Source of the DNA: Scenedesmus sp. PABB004
Taxonomy: Eukaryota
Reading direction: 5' to 3'
Length of the DNA: 64,000 nt
Assembly: GCA_014905635.1 (NCBI GenBank)
Contig: JABVCE010000024.1
Span: forward strand, 310,001 to 374,000
Below the pieces are notes generated by a model. It was not told the DNA's origin and searched no databases. It was given only the letters and a program-made list of their open reading frames with translations. Shown in pieces: positions 54,779 through 64,000 of this stretch; within the stretch, counting starts at the first letter, position 1, and each line of letters starts with the position of its first letter. The translations under genes were made by a program, and so were the position numbers.

Positions 54779-57700
54779 ATGGGTGAGCCGCGCCGCGCGC
54801 GCGGCCTGGCTGGCGGGTGGCAGCAGCGCGCGGAGGGAGCCCTCTCGGCGCCCCGGGCGAGCGAGGCGAGCGCGCGCCCGCGCCGCCGGCGCGCCGCAGA
54901 GGGCGTGCGCAAGGTCGTGCGGCAGCGGCTGCTGGTGGAGATGCTCGGCGGCGTCGCGTCGGCGGGCGGCGGCGCGGACGGGGGCGGCTGGGTGGTGCTT
55001 GTGCTCGACGCGTTCACCACACGCATCATCAGCGCCGCCGCGCGCATGAGTGACCTGCTCGACGCCGGTGCGCTGGGCTGGCCGCGGCAGCGGCAGCAAG
55101 CGCGGCGGCGCGGCAGCACCGGCAGCAGCGGCAGCGCGGCAGCAAGCGCAGCGGCGCGGCGGCGCGGCAGCAACGGCAGCAGCGGCAGCGCGGCAGCAAG
55201 CGCAGCGGCGCGGCGGCGCGGCGGCGCGGCCCCGGCACTCGCCCAGCACGCGCCGCGCGCGTGTTCTCACGCGCCTCGTACCGCTTGCTCGTGCACGCGC
55301 GCGCGCCAGGCGTGTCTGTCGTGGAGGACCTGGACAAGCGCCGCGAGCCGCTGCCGCTGCCGGCGGTGTATTTCATCACGCCCTCGCCCGCGAGCGTCGC
55401 GCGGCTGACGGCCGACTTTGCGGCGCCGCCGGGGCTCTACCCCGCGGCGCACGTGTTTTTCACCAACGCCGCGCCGCCGGGCGTCGTCGACTCGATCCGG
55501 CGCTGCCGCGTGCGTGCGGGGGCGCCGCGCCGCCCGCCCGAGCAGCTGGACGGACCGCCGCCGCTCAATCTCAACCTGGCACCGCTGCTGCTGACGCCGC
55601 CGCCGCCTGCTTGGGCGCCGCGCGCGCAGGGGCTGCTGCCGGTGCTGCGCAGCCTGAAGGAGGTCAACCTGGAGTTTGTGGTCGTCGACGGCCGCACCTG
55701 GGTCACGCAGCACCCGCACGCGCTCGTGCGGTGAGCGCGGCGCTGGCGCCCGCGCGGCCGGTCGTGCCGCGGCGGCGCGGGGCGCGGTGCCGCGGCGCCG
55801 CAGCCACTCACACTGCCGCCGCTGCCGCCGCCGCCGCCGCGCGCGGCGCGCAGGCTCATGGGCGAGCGCGGCGAGGCGGTGCGGGCGGAGTATGAGGGGG
55901 AGATCGACTCCATCGCCTCCCGCATCGCCACGCTGCTCGCAAGCCTGCAGGCGCGCTCAGTCAGCGCGGCGGCGGGCGCGCCGCCCCGGCCCGAGCCCGC
56001 GGCCGCCGCTGACACAGTCACACCCTCGCCGCGTGACACCCGCAGGACTTCCCGGCGATTCGGTACCGCGCCGGCAAGCCGCCCGAGCCGCACGACGCGG
56101 CGGGCGCGGGCGCGCGCGCAGAGCTGACGCAGCGGCTGGCGGCCAAGGTGCGGCCGGCGGCCCGCCGCAGCGCGCGCCCCTCGCGCCCCTCGTGCTCGCC
56201 CGAGTTGCCGCGCTCGTCGTCCCACCACACCTCCGACCGCCGCGCACGCAGGTTGCGGAGCGCGCGCGCGCGCTGCAGCGGAGCGGCGTGCTGCCGCCGC
56301 GCGAGTCGTGCGACCTGCTGCTGCTCGACCGCAGCGTCGACCCGCTCGCGCCGGTCGTGCACGACTGGGGCTACGAGAGCCTCGTGCACGACCTGCTGCC
56401 TGTCAGTGACGACGTCATACGGTGCGCGCCCCGCGGCCGCAGCGCCGCCTGGGCTGCAGCGCTGCCGCCGCCGGCCGCGGCTGCGGCGCGGCGCCCGCGC
56501 GCGCGCACGCGCCTCCCTAGGCGCGCGGCCCGCCCGCGAGCGCCGCGCGTGTGACTGACTGCCGCCCCCGCGCCGCCGCGCGGCCGCAGCTACACGGCCG
56601 AGACGGGCGCGGGCAGCGGCGAGGCGCGCGAGCACCGCCTCGACGACGCGGCGGACGAGCTCTGGGGCGAGCTGCGCCACGCGCACATCGCCGACGTCTA
56701 CGCGAGCCTCGCCAAGCGCATGGCAGAGTTCCAGGGCCGCAACAAGGCCGCGCAGTACTCGGCCGCGGCCAAGGGTGCGCGGGGGCCCCTGCGCACGCCA
56801 CTCCACGCCGCGGATTGTGCCGTCGCCCGCACTCCACGCTCCGCGTGCTGTGCCGGCGCAGCCGCTCCACGCCCCGCGCGCTGCCGCCGCCGCCGCCGCT
56901 CCATGCTCCCCGCGCGCAGGCGGCGCGTCGCTGTCGACGAGCGGCATCCGGGGCCTCATCGCGGCGCTGCCGCAGTTCCGGGAGGTGCTCGGCCGCCTCG
57001 GCGTGCACATCCACGTGAGCAGCCAGGTCAAGGCCGCGCTGGCGGAGCGCCGCCTCACCGAGCTGGGCGAGGTCGAGGCCGGCCTGCTCTACGGCGAGGC
57101 GGGCAGCCAGGAGCTCATCAAGTTCCTCCAGGGTGCGCCGCGCCGCGGCGCGCGGCGTCACCGGGCCGCGCCGGGGCCCTCGGCGGGAGCTCGCCCAGGG
57201 GCTGGGGGGAGTGCCAGGGGCGGCGCCGCGCGGCGCACGAGCTGAACCCGCCGCGCTGCGCCCGTGGTCACGGCGGCGCGCAGACAACGGCGGGTCGCTC
57301 GCGCCGGGCGACAAGGTGCGGCTGCTGATGTCGTACGTCGCGACGCACCCGGAGCGCCTCGAGCCGGCCAAGGCGGCGCAGTGGGCCAAGCTCGCGCGCC
57401 TGGACGCGGCCGACATGGCCACCGTGCACGCGCTGGCATTCCTCAACGTCGCGGTGCTGCCGCGCCCCGCCGGACAGGTGCTGCGCGGCGTGACCGCGCC
57501 GTGTGACTGCACCTCTGCGGCGGCGGCGCGCCGCGGCGGCGGCGTGCTGCAGCGGGCGCCGCGCGCCCCACGCCGCCGCCGCGGCCGCCGCGCCCGCCGC
57601 CCGCCGCAGTCCAAGGGCCTCGCCGGCTTTGCGCTGCGGCCCAAGAAGGCCAAGAAGGCCCTGCTGCGCCGCCGCGACAGCCGCGGCGGCGGCGGCGGCG

Positions 57701-58360
57701 GGCCGGGCGGCGAGGAGGGCGGCGGCTATGCGCTCGCGCGCTACGACCCGGCGCTGGGCGACGTCGTGGACGAGGCCCTGGCCGGGCGGCTGAGCGCGGA
57801 GGAGTACCCTTACGCCAGGTGGGCAGGGGCGTGGGGGGGGGGGGGGGGGCGAGCTGGCCTCAACCCTGCTGTGCGGCGCTGGCGATGTGCGCGTGGCGCC
57901 TGGCAGGTGCCGCCTCCTGCAGCAACGCGTGCGGCCTGCGCTTGTGCGCTGACGGCGCCCGCTGCGCGCGCGCAGGGGCGCCGACGACGGCGGCGGCGAC
58001 GACTTTGCGGCCGGCGGCGGCGAGGCGCTGCGCGTGGCGAGCGCGCGCACCAACCGCTCCGCCATCAGCTGGGCGCGCCGCGACGGCGCCAGCGGCGGCA
58101 GCGCGGTCGGCGGCATGGGCAGCGCGGTCGGCGGGATGCTGGCGGGGCTCGGCCTCGGCGCCGGCAGCGTCAACGCGGGCCCCGGCGGCGGGCGGCGGCT
58201 GGTGGTGTTTGTCGTGGGCGGCGTCACGCGCGCGGAGATGCGCGCGGTGCACGAGGCGGCGCGGCGCGCGGGGCGCGAGGTGCTGCTGGGCTCCACGAGC
58301 GTGCTGCGGCCGGACACGTTCCTGGGCCAGCTGCGCGGCATGGGCGCGCCGCCGCAGTGA
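54779..58360 (+). CDS. SEC1: Sec1/Munc18 (SM) family protein, SEC1/KEULE-like
   Basis: First coding exon ATGG|GTGAG. WVVLVLDAFTTRIIS..MSDLL..GVSVVEDLDKRREPLP, DFPAIRY, LLLLDRSVDPLAPVVHDWGYESL, LWGELRHAHIA, RLVVFVVGGVTRAEMR..EVLLGST. Confidence 0.93.
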
Positions 58361-58577
58361 GGCGGAGGAGGGCCGGGCCGGCAGCAGCGCTGCGTGCCGC
58401 GCGGCGGCCTTGCAACAACTGATCGCGCGCTGAGGTGCTCGAGCCACCTGACCCTTGCGCTGCCAGTGGTGGTCAGTCACAACTTGATCAGCCCGGCTGC
58501 CGCCCACCGCTAATGAGCCCCCTCCCCCCCGGTGGGTGACCGCTCCAGGCCTGGCCCCGATCGGGCGGCAGCCCGCG

Positions 58578-59584
58578 TCAGTGCTGCCAAGGAACGGGGG
58601 GCCTTGCGCGCGCCCGCGACGGCAGCCAGGGGAGCTGCCGCACCGGCAGCGGCGCCGGCATCTCGCATGCGTGCGTGTTGGCCAGGCTCACGGGACGGTG
58701 GTGACGACGATGCGCACAATTGCGCGGGGTTGTGCCAGGGTGAGGTTGCCACCCAAGTCAAGTGCAAGAAGGACTACAGCGGACGGGACGCGTGAGCTTA
58801 TGGGTCATGATGGAACGTGAGGCGTGGCGCGGGTGCAGCCGTCAAGACCCCCCCCCTCCCACCGTTCAGGCCTCAAGAGCGGGCGCAAGCTGTTCGACGC
58901 GCGGCCAACTGCAATGTGCACACTAGTTGGTCGGGCCACGAGTTGGTCGGGCCACCGACTTGGCCTCAAAGAGCGGGCGCAACAAGTTCATCGGTGCTGT
59001 CAAGGCATGGGGAGGCTTGCGCGCGCCAGCGACGGCAGCCGGGGGAGCTGTCGCACCAGCGGCGTCAGCATCCCACATGCGTGCGTTTGGCCAGGATGAC
59101 ATGACGGAGGTGCATGATGTGCACAATCGGGTGGGTTGCCGCACCTGGGTGGGGCTGCCGCCCGAGTCAAGTGCAAGAAAGGCTTCAGCGGACGGAGCGC
59201 ATGAGAGCTTGTGGGTCATGATGAGACATGAGGCGTGGCGCGGTGCAGCCGTCCCCCCCCCCTCCCACCGTTCAGGCCTCAAGAGCGGGCGCAAGCTGTT
59301 CGACGCGCGGCCAACTGCAATGTGCACACCAGTTGGTCGGGCCACCAGTTGGTCGGGCCACCGACTTGGCCTCAAAGAGCGGGCGCAACATGTTTGTCGG
59401 TTCTGTCAAGGCATGGGGGGCCTGCGCGCGCCAACGCCGGCAGCCGGGGAGCTGCCGCACCAGCAGCGGCGCCAGGATCCCGCATGCGTGCGTTGGCCAG
59501 GCTCACATGACGGAGGTGCATGACGCGCGCAATTGGGTGGGGGTTGCCTCAGGTGGGGTTCCCTCCCAAGTCAAGTGCAAGAAA
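58578..59584. repeat. ~410-bp tandem repeat, ~2.5 diverged copies, between the convergent SEC1 and RCC1-gene 3' ends
   Basis: GTCAAGTGCAAGAA at ~58757, 59166 and 59570. Internal doubled TTGGTCGGGCCAC. Confidence 0.88.
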
Positions 59585-59592
59585 GCCGAGCG

Positions 59593-62500
59593 TCAAGCAA
59601 ACCGCACGATTCCGGGCGTTGGGTTGGGATTTGAAATGATGCTGCCCAGCTGGCCATAGTTGTTGTTCCCAAAGCACGCCACCGCGCCACCCGCCCACCA
59701 GGCGCACGTGTGGTAGCTGCCAGTAGCCACACCCGCCACGCCACTCAGGCCGGGCACCGTCAGCGGGGTGGGGTTTGGGTTGAAGGAGCCCGCGGTGTCA
59801 GTGACGCCTAGCTGACCGTTGTAATTGTTTCCAAAGCACGCGACCTTGCCGCTTGCGATGATGCAGGTGTGGTACAGCCCACCAGCGATGAGCGTCACGC
59901 CGGTGCGGCCCGAAACAATCACGGGGCTGGCCTGGTTGTTGCTGATGACGCCGCTGCCTAGCATGCCATAACCGTTCCAGCCCCAACACGCGGCCGTGCC
60001 ATTGACCAGCGTCGCGCAGGTGTGATGAACGCCAGCGGCGATGCTCGCCACGCCGGTCAGCGGCGCGCCGCCCGGCCACTTGACAGGCACGGGCACCGAG
60101 CTATCCCCTGTGCTGCCGTCGCCCAGCTGGCCGGCCCAGTTGGAGCCCCAGCACAGTGCAGTGCCGTCGTTCAGCCGCGCGCAGGTATGGGCCTCGCCGG
60201 CAGCAAGCCCAGCAACGCCGGTCAGCGGCGCGCCGCCCAACATGACCGTCGCGGGGCTGGGCCGAGCGTTGCCGCTGGTGCCGTCGCCCAGCTGGCCGGC
60301 CCAGCTGCCGCCCCAGCACAGTGCAGTGCCGTCGTTCAGCCGCGCGCATGTGTGGAACCCGCCAGCGGCAAGCCCAGCCACACCGGTCAGCGGCGGGCCG
60401 CCCTGTGCGAGCGTGACGGCCGCGGGGCTTGGCTTGTAATCATAGTTGCCGCCGCCCAGCTGGCCATATTCGCTGCGACCCCAGCACGCCACAGTGCCAT
60501 TGGCCAGCCGCGCGCACGTGTAAGAGTCGCCGGCACTGATGCTCGCCACGCCGGTCAGCAGCGCGCCGCCCGGCCACTTGACAGGCACAGGTGCGGGGCT
60601 GCTCGTGGCGGTCCCGTCGCCTAGCTGGCCGTCAATACCATATCCAAAGCAGCGCACCGAGGTGTCCCTCAGCAGCGCGCAGGTGTGAGCCCTGCCGGCA
60701 TTGACGGCCACAACTGGCACCGGCGCGGTGCAGCAGGCTGCTGCAGCTGCTGCGGCGCTGAGCCCGGCGATAGTGGTGTTGGCGGCGTTGGCGGTTGCGA
60801 CCAAGTTCCCGCCTGCGGGGCATGGGAGCAGCAGAGATGGTGAGCGCCCGCTCCCCCCCACGAGCAGCGCATCATCACGCGCACACCAGCACTGCTCAGC
60901 CCTGACACCCTGGGCTGCACCCCCTCCCTGCAGCAGACTCACATGACAGCGCCTCTGCGCCCGGGGTCAGGTTGCCGTCGCGGTCGGCGCACGTCGCGTC
61001 CGCGGGGTACGCCTGGCGGCGGGGCGGCACAAAGCGGGCACTCTCACACGACGCGGCACACCCGCGCGCCACGCGCGGGTGCCTTGGCCCTCCACGCCCC
61101 GCCCTGCCCGTGCCGCCGCTGGCGCCCCTCACCGTGCAGCACGCTGCCTTGGCGGCGGCAGTGCCCAGATCGGCAATCGACGTGGCGGCGTTGCCCGGGT
61201 TGGCCATGTCTGTGCCCTCGCCTGCGCACACGCGCAGCAGCCGCGGGCAAGCGGGGCGCGCGAGCAGCCAGCAGTCAGCAGCGCGCGCACAGCTGCGCTG
61301 TGGTGTGCGTGCCGCGTGCGGCGCGCTGGGCGCGGGCGGGCCGCCTGCGCGCATGCAGCGCTGGCAGCCTCCTGCCAGGCCCCCCGGCCGCCGTCCACTG
61401 CCGCCCAGCCCGGCACTCACACGACAGCGCCTCTGCGCCCGGGGTCAGGTTGCCGTCGCGGTCGGCGCACGTCGCGTCCGCGGGGTACACCTGGCGGCGG
61501 GGCGGCACAAAAGTGGCAATCGCACAGCGTGCGGCACACGCGCGCGCCACACGCGGGTGCCTTGGCCCGCCACACCCCGCCCCGCCTCCGCCGCCGCCGC
61601 CGCCGCCCCTCACCGTGCAGCATGCTGCCTTGGCGGCGGCAGCGCCTAAGTTGGAGATCGGCGTCGTGCGGCTGCCCGAGTTGGCCATGCCCGTGCCGTC
61701 GCCTGCGCGCACGTGCAACAGCAGCCGGTGTGGGCGGGGGCGCCAGCAGTCGCAGAGCGGGAGGCAAGGTTAGCGCCGCACGCTTGGGCCTTCCTAATGC
61801 AAGCAGGCGCACGCGGCAGCGCGCGGCGCTCACACGGCAGCAGGTCGCCCTCAGCGCCGTCGCCGTTCTCGTTCGTGCAGGTGGCACCCGCAGGATAGGC
61901 CTGCACGCGACCAGGGCAGTGCAAGGCGGGCGGCTTGCAGGCGTGGGCGGTGTGTGTGTGTGTGTGCTGAGGACAAGGCGCCGGAGCAGGGGAGCCCCCT
62001 GGCTGCAGCGCCCGCTCACCGTGCAGCACACGCTGTCGGCCTGCGCCCACGTCATGTCGGTGATGTTGCCGGCCGGGTCGAGAGCGTTGGGGAAGGGTTG
62101 CGTTGAACCCGCACAGTTGAACTCAGGCGCGCCGTCGGCAGCGCCGTTGGTGTCGCCGCAGGTCGCGCCGGCGGGGAACGCCGGCAAGGCATCAAAGCGC
62201 ACGGCCTCGGGGGTGGGGTTGGCAAGCGTGTTGGTAGAGCCCCGGCCCAGCTGGCCGTTGTAATTGTACCCAAAGCACGCCACCGCGCCGCCCGCCCACC
62301 AGGCGCACGTGTGATAGCTGCCAGTAGCCACACCCGCCACGCCGCTCAAGCCGGGCACCGTCAGCGGGGTGGGGTTTGGGTTGAAGGAGCCCGCGGTGTC
62401 AGTGACGCCCAGCTGACCGTAGTAGTTTAATCCAAAGCACGCCACCTCGCCGCTTGCCATGATGCAAGTGTGAGACCCGCTGCCCGCGACGAGCGTCACG

Positions 62501-64000
62501 CCGGTGCGGCCGAAAACGGCCACGGGGCTGGTCTGGCTGCTGCCGCTGGCGTCGTTGTTGCCTAGCATGCCATAACCGTTCCAGCCCCAACACGCGGCCG
62601 TGCCATTGACCAGCGTCGCGCAGGTGTAGGCCCCGCCGGCGGCGATGCTCGCCACGCCGGTCAGCGGCGCACCGCCCGGCCACTTGACAGGCACGGGCAC
62701 GGAGCTATCCCCTGTGCTGCCGTCGCCCAGCTGGCCGGCCCAGTTGGAGCCCCAGCACAGTGCAGTGCCGTCGTTCAGCCGCGCGCAGGTGTGGGCCCCG
62801 CCGGCGGCGATGCTCGCCACGCCGGTCAGCGGCGCGCCGCCTGGCCACTTGACAGGCACGGGCACGGAGCTATCCCTTGTGCTGCCGTCGCCCAGCTGGC
62901 CGGCCCAGTTGGAGCCCCAGCACAGTGCAGTGCCGTCATTCAGCCGCGCGCAGGTATGGGCCTCGCCGGCAGCAAGCCCAGCCACACCGGTCAGCGGCGG
63001 GCCGCCCTGTGTGAGCGTGACGGCCGCGAGACTGAGCCTGTTTGTGCCGCTGGTGCCGTCGCCCAGCTGGCCGGCCCAGCTGGGGCCCCAACATAGTGCA
63101 GTGCCGTCGTTCAGCCGCGCGCACGTGTGAGAGTCGCCGGCACTGATGCTCGCCACGCCGGTCAGCAGCGCGCCGCCCGGCCACGTGACGGGCACAGGCA
63201 CAGGGCTGCTCGTGGCGGTCCCGTCGCCTAGCTGGCCGTCAATACCATATCCAAAGCAGCGCACCGAGGTGTCCCTCAGCAGCGCGCAGGTGTGAGCCAT
63301 GCCGGCCGCAACGGCAGCAACCGCCGGCTGCGTGGTGCAACAGACAGCCTTGGCCTGGGTGGCATTGAGACCGGCAACGTCAGTGGCTGCGACGGTTGTG
63401 ACAACGTCTCCGCCTGCGCAACGGGCGATCAGAGTTGGTGAGTGCCCGCCTCTCCCTCCCCCCTGCCCTCCCTCGAGCTCCCAGCGCTGCTGCACCGTCC
63501 ACAGCACCCCCCTCCCCACGGCACCTCCCACCCAACTCTACACTCACATGAAAGCGGTCGCGCATCTGCTGTAAGGCTGCCGTCGCGGTCGGCGCACGTT
63601 GCGTCCGCGGGGTACACCTGGCGGCGGGGCGGCACGAAGCGGGCACTCTCACACGACGCGGCACACCCGCGCGCCACGCGCGGGTGCCTTGGCCCGCCAC
63701 GCCCCCGCCCCCGCCCCCGCCTCCACCCCCGTCGCCGCCGCCGCCGCCGCTGGCAACTCACCGTGCAGCATGCCTTGAGGGCGGCGGTGGCGTCCAGACC
63801 GGCGATTGACGTGGCGGCATTGCCCGAGTTGGCCATGGCTGTGCCCTCGCCTGCGCACACGCGCAGCAGCCGCGGGCAAGCGGGGCGTGCGAGCAGCCAG
63901 CAGTCAGCAGCGCACGCAGCTGTGGTGTGCGTGCCGCGTGCGGCGCGCCGGGCCCGGGCGGGCCGCCTGCGCTCATGCAGCGCTGGCAGCCTCCCGCTGT
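59593..64000 (-). CDS. Modular RCC1/BLIP-II-repeat protein: two 7-repeat propellers separated by 4-Cys modules; 5' end outside the window
   Basis: Large exons ~63412-62020 and 60812-59593 each carry 7 'xAGxx[H/Y]TCxxxxxGxxxC[W/F]GxxxxG[Q/M]LG' repeats. Small exon pairs (70+89 nt) encode YPADATCADRDG..LSC|..MAN.G..T.IA.L..AAAKAACCT. Confidence 0.88.

Noticed and set aside
58578..59584. Short ORFs in the ~410-bp repeat as genes or CRISPR-like units
   Set aside because: Frames are not conserved between copies because of indels, and there are no unique spacers.

Overview
Eukaryotic nuclear DNA, extremely GC-rich, gene-dense and intron-rich. LHCA3, plastid UROD, DUF506 and TGTAA poly(A)-type signals point to a chlorophyte green alga; a Sphaeropleales/Selenastraceae-like origin is an inference from composition only. 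About 22 spliced genes can be reconstructed by eye: FAD-linked oxidase (partial), hexa-ubiquitin, JMJD5/JMJ30, SH3BGR-like, GATA TF, TTL-like, spastin, Moco-sulfurase-like, PPR-like, UROD, PDK1, LHCA3, DUF506, IMP1, LSM12, RMND5, MED30-like, DHX35, a helical-repeat organellar protein, a membrane protein, SEC1 and a modular RCC1/Cys-repeat protein (partial). Most long ORFs in the supplied track are GC-rich shadow frames. Main observations: (1) a ~4.8 kb inversion of DUF506+IMP1 with both ~500-bp breakpoint intervals duplicated in inverted orientation (staggered-break signature), leaving orphan exons; (2) many GC-AG introns, all after an exonic AG; (3) a modular RCC1 double-propeller gene with shuffled blades; (4) a 78-bp SH3BGR-JMJD5 gap suggesting a dicistronic or fused transcript. 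Coordinates were read manually and may be off by a few bases; product names come from motif recognition, not database searches.
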